64,000 bases of DNA from the human T2T-CHM13v2.0 reference genome, Homo sapiens. Position numbers and translations under genes: made by a program. Of the stretch, positions 12,401 to 24,089 are shown in pieces. The DNA lies in NCBI RefSeq assembly GCF_009914755.1, contig NC_060944.1, one strand, 5' to 3'. The notes beneath the pieces were generated by a model. That model saw only the letters and a program-made list of their open reading frames with translations, ran no database searches and had not been told where the DNA came from. Each line of letters begins with the position of its first letter. Positions within the stretch are counted from its first letter, which is position 1.

Positions 12401-15400
12401 CTGTCTCCCGATTCTCCATGTGTCCCAGTGGGCATTTCCTGTGTCCCACCAAGCACTTATGTCCATTAACAGAGCAAGTGTTCTAACTTCTTGAGCTCCA
12501 ACACTGACTGCCACCTCAATTGTCCCTTTGAGATTCTAGACTTCATGCAATGTTAGGGAGAAGCCTCCCTCCTGGGTGCCCAGGCCTGGTTACCCTGCAG
12601 CCATAAGCAAAAGACAGTGGGCTCCTGACAGCCGGAGGGGAGAATCTCAACTCTTGCTCACATGGGCCCCAAACACTCTCTAGGAAATGCCTCATCTCCT
12701 CATCCTTAGTCCTCAGCACCATGAACGGGCAGATACGTGCTCTGCTGGGCTGCAGGAGGCTCGACTCTGCTCATTGGACGCTGCTGAGTGAAGAGGAAAC
12801 AACACAACATGGGGGAAGAGTCCTAAATGCCTCATGTGTGTTGAGACCTGTCCTTTAGGAACTGGCTTGGCATATCATGAGACACGCGCAGGGCCTTTCT
12901 GATGGGAGTGTGAAGACAGGCCCTCCTACCCCTACAGGGTTCTTGTTTTGTTTTTAATGCTTTTTGCTGTAGAACTGAACAATGCAAGAGTTTAGAAAGA
13001 GAAGGTTGGAGCATTTCTCCACTCTTGAAAAACCACAGTTGAGTGTCACAAAGACAAAGGCTGTGAGTCAGGCTGCGGGGTTCCAGCCTTGGCTCCCTGA
13101 CCTGCTCCCAAGTCAGGTCTCCTCTCTGAGCTTCAGTGTCCTCATCTTTAAAGGAGGTAGCAAATGGCTTCTCCCTCATAGCACTGGTTATAAGGAGACT
13201 CTGGCACAGTTGCTGCTCTCTGGCCCCCTTCCCCACCTCCCTCCTTTCTCATGTAGCTCATCATTTAGGCCGAGAGCATGGCAAAGAGGAGTGAGCACTT
13301 CACTAGGAGTGAGCAGATCTGAGTCACACCTGAGCCACCACTGGCTGTGGCTGCCTGGGCTGGGGAGGCACCACCTGGGCATTTCAGTGTCTTTGCCAAT
13401 ATTATCTGCACAATCAGGATAAAGCCACCTTCCTTGTCTAAGTTCAAGGGTTGTGGGGAGCTGATTTCAGTCATTACTGAGCAATGTACATTTTCATGTA
13501 CATACATGTACATGAAAGCATCATGTTTTAGGCTTTACATATACACATTTTTTTAAAAAGCTGTTAGTAAAGCTATGTGTCTTCTGGAGGTTCTGTTTTT
13601 TTGCCTTTCCAAATTCCAGAGGCTGCCCACATTCCTTTCTCACAGTTACATCTTCCCATCACTCTAACCTCTTGCTTATATCCTCACAAGTCCTTCTCTG
13701 AGAATTAATCTCCTTCCTCTGTCTTGTAAGGACCTTTCTTATGTATTGTGTCCACCCTGATGCTAGAGCCAGATGTTAAAACCACTGTCTTAAAAATGTT
13801 TGAAGTGGGGCCAGGCATGGTGGCTCACGCCTGTAATCCCAGCAGTTTGGGAGGCTGAGGCGGGTGGATCACCTGAGTTTGGGAGTTCGAGACCAGCCTG
13901 AACAACATGGAGAAACCCTGTCTCTACAAAATACAAAATTAGCCAGGCATGGTAGCTCAAGTCTGTAATCTCTGATTGCTACATCATCTAGAAGGGAAAT
14001 TAGGCAATATTCTCAAATATGAAAACACACTATCCTCTGACCTAGAAACACCACTTCCAGTGGGAATCTCCCACCTGAGTAGGGTGACACATGTACAAGG
14101 TCATCCACTGCATGATTGTTGTAGTAGCTCAATGTTGGGAATAACTTACATATCCATCAACAGAAGACTGTAAAATAAATTTTGGTATTTCCATAAATTG
14201 GAGTATTTTTCAGCTGTAAAAAAACTGGAGCAGTTCTCTATGTCCTGATGTGGAATCTCGATATGAAATGACAGGGCTTACGTTTGGGAGAAGTTTTCTA
14301 GTCACCAATGAGCTTTAGTATCTGAATGTGAGGTGCATTCTTAACATTTGGGAAACTGATGAAAAGAGAAATGCTGGCTCTCTGACACCTGGCTCTGTTT
14401 GGGGAACTTTTATCTAGCACCTATGATGCACCAGGCTCTTCTATGGAGACAGCGTCTAATGCTGGGGAAGGAAGGAGACTGCCACGATTCAGATATGGAC
14501 TCTGGCTCCAATTCTGTCACTAACTGGCCCTGTGACCATGGACAAGGCCCCTGTCATGTCTTGGCTTCAGTCTCCCATCTGTAAAGGGGGTTGGGCTGGA
14601 TGGTCTGAAGGTCCTTCCTGTGCTGACATGCCAGAATTCAGCAGTTAAGACGAGGCTTTTGGGGCTCTGGCAGGAAACCCCACATAAGCATTGTTGCTAC
14701 CTTATATGGGGAACCCCTAAGTCACCCACTTGTGGGACCTCTTTCCTGAGGTGAGGGACATTCTGAGATGATGCAGCTCTGCTCGGAGCCCATGGTAACT
14801 CTGTGACTCAGTCCCCAAATCACAGAAGGGTTTCCCAAATAGACCCACAGCAAATGCCAAACATATTGGCATCTCCTCCCACCAAGCCATCAGATTCAAC
14901 CGTGAATGTGCCTCCGAGAAATCTTCCCCGTGGGGTGTTTCTGAAGATTAAATTAAAAAAAAAAACAACCACGATTTACCCTCTCCATGCCCTGGACGGA
15001 TTTCTCCTCATTAGAAGGGAAGAGAATGTAAGCTTGGTGGGGGAGTGCTTTAGGCTGTTTCATTCACTGCTGTTTGCGCAGCATCCAGGGCAGAGCCTGG
15101 CACACAGTGGGGTCTCAGTGACTGCCTGTTGCATAAAGAAGGGACTTGGCCACCCTGAGGGGGAAGCATTCTCTGGAGGCAGAAGGCAAGGTCCAGCCCT
15201 GTGCCTGGACAAGTCACTCAAATTGTGAGTTCCCTCATCTGTGGAACCAAAGGGCTGGGTCAGCTTTGGAAACACAAGAGCTGTAGAGCCGCAGACTGGG
15301 GATGCCTTCTGTCCCATCATTTACAAGCCGTGGAGCCTCGAGCGACTGCCATGACATCTCCAAGCCTCAACTCATGTGATCTGGAGAAAGGGTGACATCA

Positions 15401-18400
15401 GTTCATGAAAGGGTGGCTGCTCAGCCACCACCACACCTGGCTGTTGCTCCAAGAATGGATAATGTAATTATTGAGTTATTGTCACACACCAGGGGACAAA
15501 GGAGGCCCACGCTGTACTCACCGCGCACAGACAGCTCAGTGCCTGCTCCAGACTTAAACTCCACGTCGTCAGGGCTCCCTTTCCGGAACTTCACACAGTA
15601 GTAGGTGCCGGCGTCTGCTGGGGTGATGTTACTGATGCTGATGGAAAAGTCCAGGTTGTTTCTCTTTGTGAGTTCTGAAACAGTTGTTACCCGTGGGAAG
15701 TGGCCTTCTTTCTGATTGTAGATTAATTCCCGGCCTGCTCCAGCTCCTCTAAACCACATGATGGGCCCCACAGGGATCAGGGACGTCATAGCACAGCGCA
15801 GAGTGGCCGACTCTCCAGCTGCAACTGATACGGACTTTTCAGGCTGAATCACCTGTAGCTCGTCCTCACCTGCCACTCCTGGAAAGGAGCACAAAGCAGT
15901 CATTTCTTCATCCTTACCTGATTCTCTGTGTTTCCTCAAGTGTTTATCAATGGCTTTCATTGACTGGGTGCACACCAGGAAAAGGCCTTGAGCTCAGCCC
16001 ACTACATGTATTATCTCATTTAACCCTCACAACTGGCCTGTGACGTAAGACTGTAATACAAGCGAGAACACTGAGGCACAGAGAGGTTCAATTTCCTTTT
16101 CCTTACTTTCTTCTGTTCTTTCTGTTTGCTTTCTTTTCTTTTCTTTTTTGAGACGGGGTCTTGCTCTGTCTGCTGCCCAGGCTGGAGTGCAGTGGTGCAA
16201 TCACAGCTCACTGTAGCCTCAATCTTCCAGGCTAAAGAGATCCTTTCTCCTTGGCCTGCCAAGTAGCTGGGACCACAGGTGCATTCCACCATACCTGGCC
16301 AATTTTTGTATTTTTTCTAGAGACACAGTTTCACCATGTTGCCCACAGTGGTCTCTAACTCTTGGGCTCAAGCAAACCATCTGCCTTGGCCTTTCAAATT
16401 GCTGGGATTATAGGTGTCAGCCACCGCGCCTGGCCAAGAGGTTCAATTTCAATGTAGAGCTTTGGGTTGAGGACCTGAGTAGAACTATTGAGCCCTCCTC
16501 GGAAGTGCCATGTTTTGCCAATTATGTCCTCCACTCTGTGGTACATGGAGTGTGGCACTTTTTGTATCACTGGATTGGGTGGGGCCCTGTGACTTCTTTA
16601 GACCCTTGAGTTATGAGCAGAATGATGGGTATAATTTGTGGGCTGTGCATTTAACTGCAAGAGCCTCTGTGGATCAATTTCTCCCTTCCGGAGACCACGA
16701 GGCTCTGATAGGGCCTGCTCCATCGCCTGGATGCGTGAATGACCGTTGCATGCAGAACTGCCAATCCACACTGAATATGTAGCTTCCAGTAGAAATATAA
16801 CCTTGTTTTAAGCCCCTGGTAATTTTTCACCCATAGCATAATCACATTACCTAAGTTTCCTAATGCTGATGTGACAAATTACCAAAACTTAGTGTGTTAA
16901 AAGAAATGTAACATTTTATAGTTCTGGAGGTTAGAAGTCCAAAATAGTGTTACTGGGGTACAATGAAGAAGAAATGATGAACGTCAAATACACAAAGATA
17001 GAGAATAAAACAGTGGTGACTAGGGGTGAACTTGGGGGAGTTGATGGGGAGGTCAAAAGACACAAAATTGTGATAAGTCTGAGGAAGAAGTCCAGAGAAT
17101 GAATGTGCAATCTGAGGATTTTAGTTAATAATGTTGTATTGAATTCAGTATTTTTGCTTAAGAAGCACATTTTAGGTGCTGTTGACATACAACACATGCA
17201 GCATAACTATGGGAGATGATGGATGTGTCCATTTGCTTAACTTTAATAACCATTTCACTACGTATATGTACATGTATACATATATGAAAGCACCATGTTT
17301 TACACCTTCCATGTCTACATTTTTTAAGGCGCTTTCAGCAGAGCTGTGTGTCTTCTGGAGGCTCTGTTTTTTGCCTTTCCAAATTCTAGAGGTTTCTCCC
17401 ATCCCTTTCTCACAGTTACATCTTCCCACCACTCTAACCTCTTGCATCTTCACCTGCAAACATCCTGGAATACAAGGATGTTTCAATGTCCTTCTCCAAG
17501 AATTAATCTTCCTCCTTCTTATAAGCACCCTTGTGATGTATTAGCTCCACCCTGATACTAGACCCAGATATTAAAATCACTGCCTTAAAAATGCTGAGAG
17601 GTAAAGGAAATAACGGACCAAGAACTAAAGGAATATAAATGTCTTAACAAAATGAGAATGTAAAGAAAGAGAAATTATAGGAAGAAATCAAACAGAAACT
17701 TAGGAATTGAAAGTACAATAACTAAAAGTTCACTAGAGGGGTCCCCCAGTGGGTATAAGCAGGTGGAAGAATAATCAGAAAACTGGAAGATGGTATAATT
17801 GAAATTATTGAGACTGAGGTATTGGTGGAAAATAGAATAAAGTATAGAGCACAGAATCTAAGGGAATTGTGAGACGTTATCAAATGTATCAACATACACC
17901 TTACTGGAGTTCCAGGGGGAAAAAAGAGAAAGAGAGAAAGGAATAGAAGATTATTTGAAGACATAGTGGACAAAAACCTTCACAGACTAGATAAAATACA
18001 GGAATCTACCTATTAAGACACAGAAGAAATGCAAGTTGAACTCAAAAATAAACTCAGAGACCCACACTAAGACACATTATAACCCAACTGTTGAAAACTA
18101 AAGTCAAAGAGAGAATCCTTAAAGCAGCAAGACAGAAGTGATTCCTTACATAAAAGAGACCCTCAATAAGATTTTCAGCTCAGCTCTTACACAAAGCACT
18201 GAAGGCCAGAAGATAGAGGGATGGTAAGTTCAAAATGTTGAAAGAGGAAAAATATGTCAATCATGAATTCTATACCTGGCAAAGTGTCCTTCAAATACAA
18301 GGGAGAAATTACGATATTCTCAGATAAACAAAAGCTAACAGAGTTCATGACCATTAAACCTTGCCTACAAGAAATGCTAAAGGGAGTGCTTCAGGTGGAA

Positions 18401-21400
18401 ATGAAAGGATGCTACATGGCAACTCAAAGTTGTATGAAGAAATAAAGATATCCAGTTATGTGTACATGTTTTAAAAATCATGCTTCAATATCCCACAAAC
18501 AAGCTGTGAGCACCCTGCCCAGGTGACCAGGTAACCAGTATTTTAAAGCTGGTCCCTGCCACAATTCCTCTTCTTGTCCTCCTCTACTGTGACCTAGTGA
18601 CATTGAAACACCCTAGTAAAACCCATCATGGTTTTTGCTTGTGTCCTCCACCTTGACTCCCAGTAAAGGCACTTGCCCAGGGATCCCATCTCTCTTGCCT
18701 ACCCATCTGCTTGATTGAGCCTGCTCCTTGGGAGCTCCTCCCACATGGCTTCCTGCATGGCCTGCCCTACTTCCTTCTCTAGGAACTGTGAGTATGCCTC
18801 TTCATATGAACTTTTCATGGCCATGTTAGAGTGATCCTCAAAATTCAACCAGCAGGAATCACTCTAACATTTTCAATAGTAATGGCAATGAGGATGGGAT
18901 CATTCTAAACTCAGGTGGAAAGTTCCTAGGGAATGCCTTTGACTCATGACTTACTGATTTGCTACTCTGATTGGCTCCACAATTTGAGAAGGCTTTTCAC
19001 CCTGATGACTTTCTTGTGCTATGCTATGTACAGCTTTGTGTTGCCTTTTGGAGTGCTGCCATGGCTCTCCATCCTGAAGCGAGGATCCTGTTCCAATATC
19101 AATAATGACATCTGCCTTTCTTCAAGAGCACAAGATGATATAACATTGGTAACACCTCTTCAAAGAAGATTCATGTGATATGCATATTAATGTCACATAA
19201 TCCAGCATCAGTAAGTTTTTTCTGGGGTGCTTGTGGCAACATATTCTTCATTTACAAATTTTACTTACAAATTAAAATCAACAGGCCCTCCTGTTAGTGT
19301 CTTTAAATGAATTAACAAATAAAAGTATCTCTTCTCTGTAGAGACTTTGGCTGTGTCTTTCATGCCTCTTGGAGTCTCTAAACCACTCATGATGGCCAGA
19401 CATTTTCCCCAGGGCCTTTGATGCAAATATAATGCCCCTCTCAGCTTTTGCTATACTCCATTACAACAAGAAATTTCTGGTTATCTATTGGGCTCTCCTG
19501 GCTTAGAGTCCAGATCTGGGGAGCATACTTTCCTGTCGTACTCTTTAACCATAAATTGTCCCAAAGCCAGACTCTGCTTATCTGAAATGGAGCCCACTGG
19601 AATCTAAACTTCCATGAAAATACAAAACTAAGATCACTGCCAGGTAGAGCTGCACACCTTTCTGTTAACAGTTGGCATTATTATTACTCGGTTTGTTGAT
19701 GCAATAATCCTCAACCAAACACTAGCTGAGTTCAGCAGCATATTAGAAGGAATATACACAATGAGCAAGTGGTATTTATTCCTGGAACACAAGAATGTTT
19801 CAATATACAAATGACAAAGAATGTAATACACCATATTTATAGAAGAAAGAGAAGAAACACATGATTATCTCATTTGATGCAAAACAGCATTTGAGAAATG
19901 TGGACATCTTTTTGTGAAAATACCATCAATAATAGGAATATATGAAAATTTCTATAAGATAAAAGTTATATACACATACCTTATTTTATTTTCCCTTATC
20001 AGTGGCTAATTTATGATTTTATTTACCTATTTATCATGTATATTGATTACTGTCATTATTATGACTTTATTGAAAAAAGAAATCAGTAAGGTAATCGCAT
20101 TTACAATTACTACCAAAAAAGCTAAAATAGCTAGAAACAGATTTACTCAAGGACATGAAAGACCTCCACAAAAAAAGCTATAACACCCTGATGAAAAATA
20201 AATAGAACAAAAATAATGGAAAGATATCCATGCTTGTGGATTAGATAATTACTTTTGTTAAAAATATACATACTACCCAAAGAGATCTACAGATTCAATT
20301 CATTATTAGTAATATTTCAATGACATTTTCCTCAGAAATGGACAAAACAATCCTCAAGTTCACATTAGTCATAGAAAATTGTGAGTAGAAAAGGCAATCT
20401 TGAGCAAAAAGACTGGAGGCATCACATTGCCTGATTTCAAACTTGACTACCGTGCCATAGTAATCAAAACAGCATGGCACTGGCATAAAAATAGACACAT
20501 AGACAAATGGATCAGACCAGAGAGCCCAGATATAAACGCACACATTTACACTCAATTGACCTTTGACAAAAATGTCAAGCAGACACAATTGGGAAAGGTC
20601 AGTCTCTTCAAAAAGTGGCATTGGGAAACCTGGATATCCATCTGTAGAGGAATAAAATTAGACCTTCCTCTCACATGACACACAAAAATCAATTCAAAAT
20701 GTATTAAAGACTTAAGTGTAGGATCTAAAAGTGTAAAAGTACTGGAAGAAAAGTGCCATGACATTGGTGTGGGCAATGAATTTTCAGATATGAGTCCCAA
20801 AGCACAGGCAACAAAAGAAAAATAGACAAACGGCATTACAACAAACTAAAAAGCTTCTACACAGCCAAGGAAACAATCAACAGAGTGAAAAGACAACCAG
20901 CAGAATGGAAGAAGATATTTGCTAGCCATGCATCTAATGAAAAGTCAATATACAAAATATATAAGGAAGTGAAACAACTCAATATTAAGAAAACAACCCA
21001 ACTAAAATATGGGCCAAAGATCTTAAAACCCATTTCTCAAAAGAAGACATTAAAATGGCCATCAGACCTATAAAAATACTCAGCCTTACTATTCATCTGG
21101 TAAATGCAAATTAAAACCACAGTGAGCTATCATCTCACACTTGTTAGAATGGCTACTATAAAAAAGATGATAACTAGTTTTGGAGAGGATGTGGAGAAAA
21201 GGGAATTCTTGCACATAGTTAGTGGGAATGTAAATTAGTAGAGCCATTAGCAAAAACAGTATGGAGGCTCCTCAAAAAATTAAAAATAGAACTATCATAT
21301 GATCTGGCAATCTCACTATTGGGCATACATCCAAAGGAAATGACATAAGCATGTCACAGAGATATCTGTGCTCCCATGTCCATTGCAGCATTATTTACAA

Positions 21401-24078
21401 TAGCCAGGATATTAAATTAACCTAGATGTCCATCAGCAGATAAATGGAGAAAGGAAATTGGTATACACAATGGAATTCTAATCAGCCTGACCAAAGAAGG
21501 AAATCCTATCATTTCCAACAATATAAATGATCCTGGAAGATATTATGCTAAGTAAAATAAGCCAGGCACAGAAAGACAATACTGCATAATGTCTCTCATA
21601 TGTGGAATTTTAAAAAGTTGAACTCATAGAAGTAGATAGTAGAATATTGGTTACCAGGCACTAGGCAGGGGGTGCATTTGGAGAGATATTGGTCAAAGGA
21701 TACAAAATTTCAGTTTAGTTAGGAGAAATTAGTTCCACAAATCTATTGTACAATATGGGGTCTAGAGTTCATAACACAATTCGTAACCTCAAAAATTGTT
21801 GAAAGCAGATTTTGAGAGATCTCACCACAGAAATGATACATATACAAGGTAGGTCATATGTTAATTAGCTCAAATTAGGCATTCTGCAATGTACACATAT
21901 TTCATTAATATGGTATACATGATAAGTATATACAGTTCTGTCAAATAAAAATAAAATATTTTGTTAAAAGTTTCATTGAAATTAGAAACTTGGAGAAACA
22001 ATGATAAAAAATGAAATCTCCTGTGTGTGCATGTACACTTACTTATATGCATACATGCATATACATATGTATACACACATATGTATACACACATTTGCAA
22101 ATATATATACACACACATATATGTATATATACACACACACACATATATATGTATATATAGACACACACATATACATTCACAAATATATATCAAAGTGTGA
22201 CCTATTGTGATAGTATATAAGTTTGTTTTGTGTATTAAATAAAATTACAACACACGTTAAAATCTCATTAAAATATCTGGCCCATAGAAAGTAAAATATG
22301 TGGCCCATAGAAAGCATCCAACACATTAATAACAAATTTAGAAGTACATACATCACAGTTGTAACTCTGGTTGTTGCTAACAAGTGTGGTAGGCAATAAT
22401 TAATTCTATGTTTACTTCCCTGCATTTTCTAATATTTCTGCTAGTAGCATAACACGACTAAAAGAATGAACTTTGGAGCCGGTCGACCTGGACTTGAATC
22501 TCAGCTGCTCCACTGACTGAGGTAGGGGACAATGAATGGACAAGTTCCTCCCTCTGCCTGAGTCTTTGTTTGGAAATAGGGGATAATAGTTGCAGCTTTC
22601 ACACAGGGATGTTGTGAGGATTAGTGGAGCTAAAACAGGCAAAATGCTAATAACTGTGTCTACATGGTAGGAAGAGCTCAATTGTTAAACTCTTACTGCT
22701 GTCATTTGGGTACAGTGTATGTGTGAGAAAAATAATTTGAAAAGTGAGACCCCTGCCCTCTAGGGCCTGTGAGGTGACATCACAGCAGGGCCCAGTGGGG
22801 AATTGAGAGGCTGCTGTGCCCAGCCCTGTGGTTCTGGGGTCAGCTCCATGGCCTGAGAAGGGATCAGGACAGGTAACTTGTCTGGGAGCTGTGAGCAGGG
22901 TTCTCCCAGGCTGCACCAGGAAAGGCCCTCCAATCCTGCCTGTCTTGGGAAGGGGAAAGAAATTATCCATGGGAAATTTAAGAGAACCAAAGGAGGTTGT
23001 AGTACCTGTTATGGGCTGAATGTGTCCCACAAAATGCATGTGTTGAAGCTCTAATCCCCAGCACCTCTGAACGTTACAGTTTGGGAGACAGGGTCTTTAA
23101 GAAGTAATTTAGTTAAATGAGGTCATTGGGGTGGGCCTTAATACAACAAGACTGATATTCTCATAAGAAGAGGAGATGAGGACACAGACACACACAGAGG
23201 AAGATCATGTGTTTAAGACACAGAGAGAAAATGGCCCTGTATAAGCCAAGGAGAGAGACTTCAGTAGAAACTAACCCTGCTGACACCTTGATCTTGGACT
23301 TCAGCCTCCTTAACTGCAAGGAAGTAAATATCTGTAGTTTCAGCCACCCAGCCTGCAGTTCTTTGTTATGGAAGCCCTAGGAAAGGAATATAGGACCCAG
23401 TAAGCAGCAAATGTGGAACTTCTTAAAGAGGAAGAGGCCACAGAGAAATGGGTGGTAAGAATCAGGTCACAGGGGAGGGAGGAGCATGGGGGAACAGAGG
23501 ACAAAGTGAGGAGCACCCTTAGGGAGGATGGTGGCTGAACACTCCCAGGATACACCACACCACTGCCCTACTCAAGTGAGCACTATTACAGACTTCACAT
23601 CCTCAGTTTGGTGAAGAGAGAGGGCTGGGCCTAGAGCCACATAACCCTGTTAGGGTGTCTCTGAGCTTACTCTGTGGACTTGGGCATGTCACTTGGCCCT
23701 AGGGCCTCAGGACTGGTGAGGATTTAGATAATGATTCTTCTCTGCTTTTTCAATTGAAATATTATCAAAATGTAAGTAATTGTTGTTGTGGTGGTTGAAT
23801 CGTCCTGTGGTTCAATGCCTCTGGTAGCCAGCTGCAGATCCACAGAGAAAGTGCTCAGCTCCCTGATTTTCTGCTCTCAGTCAAAGCCTAATCCTTGGCC
23901 TTTCTTGGCAGCACTTGTCATTGTCCGGAATCCCTGAAAGTCCAGGGACAGGCCATGGCTCAGTGGGCAGGAAAAAAGATTTTAACCGAAGGCAGTGCTC
24001 ACCTGTGAGTCTCCCCAGCAGTAGCGTCATCAGCAGGAAAGGACTAGGAAGGTGGGGCCAGGAGGCTGGCACGGGCAT
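3339..24078 (-). CDS. SIRPB1: Signal-regulatory protein beta-1, spliced CDS join(24078..24003,15878..15522,9221..8904,8321..7989,3451..3339), 398 aa
   Basis: Exon lengths 76+357+318+333+113=1197 nt, in frame, GT-AG junctions. Translation [40 protein letters not shown]...[21 protein letters not shown] matches SIRPB1 isoform 1 as recalled (signal, IgV, 2x IgC1, TM with Lys). Confidence 0.97.
4640..5330. mobile_element. Old LTR/ERVL-MaLR internal-like remnant
   Basis: Resembles MaLR-int sequence; paralogue at ~35665-36350; not classified further. Confidence 0.3.
5890..6480 (+). mobile_element. Old L1M ORF2 fragment
   Basis: A-rich L1 ORF2 motifs (gaacaactctacacacataaa, gacaacttagatgaaatggac); paralogue 36920-37480. 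Confidence 0.7.
7989..8321 (-). CDS. SIRPB1: SIRPB1 exon 4 (IgC1 domain 2)
   Basis: Acceptor tgtttcag|TT; [22 protein letters not shown]...NTCAHRD...GSDITH; donor GTGCGG; 333 nt. Confidence 0.97.
8420..8730 (+). repeat. Degenerate tandem array of ~5 MIR/L2-tail-like units (~60-75 bp)
   Basis: Recurrent GTGAAA...AGCACAGTGCCTGGC..AGTAGGTGCTC motif at ~8421, 8479, 8554, 8614, 8689; paralogue 39832-40141. Confidence 0.55.
8904..9221 (-). CDS. SIRPB1: SIRPB1 exon 3 (IgC1 domain 1)
   Basis: Acceptor ttttgtag|CC; [25 protein letters not shown]...EAIR; donor GTAGAA; 318 nt. Confidence 0.97.
9850..10340 (+). mobile_element. Old LTR remnant (unclassified)
   Basis: CCAAT, CTATAAAA and poly(A)-like motifs in LTR order; paralogue ~41260-41760. 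Confidence 0.3.
13809..13970 (+). mobile_element. 3'-truncated Alu (AluSp-like left arm and start of right arm, no tail)
   Basis: GGCCAGGCATGGTGGCTC...GTCTGTAATC then an abrupt end. Confidence 0.85.
15522..15878 (-). CDS. SIRPB1: SIRPB1 exon 2 (IgV domain)
   Basis: Acceptor tttccag|GA; [39 protein letters not shown]...DAGTYYC...TELSVR; donor GTGAGT; 357 nt. Confidence 0.97.
16096..16435 (-). mobile_element. AluJ-like
   Basis: Diverged Alu; 14-bp TSD AGAGGTTCAATTTC (16082-16095, 16437-16450); orthologous copy in SIRPG. Confidence 0.88.
16500..17560. mobile_element. Composite of old LTR/MLT1 remnants with an inserted L1MA 3' fragment (~16960-17320)
   Basis: MLT1-like motifs (gtgacaaattacc, agttctggagg, gcctttccaaattctagagg) and L1MA 3'UTR motifs (gagaataaaacagtgg, gcataactatg). 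Confidence 0.45.
17570..18460 (+). mobile_element. Old L1 ORF1 region fragment
   Basis: Residual frame [39 protein letters not shown] (L1 ORF1 C-terminus); paralogue 54420-55330. Confidence 0.8.
18480..18900 (+). mobile_element. ERV LTR remnant with PBS-like TGGCAATGAGGATGGGAT
   Basis: LTR-like end ...ACTCTAACA followed by a PBS-like motif; paralogue ~55370-55770. Confidence 0.35.
19690..21965 (+). mobile_element. L1MA-type ORF2 3' part and 3' UTR (fragmented)
   Basis: Frames [35 protein letters not shown] and [12 protein letters not shown]; L1MA 3'UTR; A-rich end. Confidence 0.85.
22040..22190. repeat. (TA/CA)n-type microsatellite
   Basis: Alternating TATA/CACA runs. Confidence 0.85.
22460..22690 (+). 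mobile_element. MIR
   Basis: gacctggacttgaatctcagct...gttgtgaggatt core motifs; paralogue ~60350-60590. Confidence 0.55.
23007..23392 (+). mobile_element. MLT1A-type LTR
   Basis: TGTTATGGGCTGAATGTGTCCC...GCCCTAGGAAAGGAATATA; paralogue 60898-61417. Confidence 0.8.
24003..24078 (-). CDS. SIRPB1: SIRPB1 exon 1 (signal peptide)
   Basis: ATG at 24078; [25 protein letters not shown]; donor G|GTGAG at 24003/24002. Confidence 0.96.
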
Positions 24079-24089
24079 TCTGGAGACCT

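Noticed and set aside
19000-19600. Kinase-like motifs on the minus strand (GFGTIY, LVVMEY, KLTDAGL, KADV), and a weak PurH/ATIC-like resemblance in the paralogue
   Set aside because: They need several frameshifts, and the key kinase motifs are not kept in the SIRPG copy; probably over-reading of degenerate sequence.
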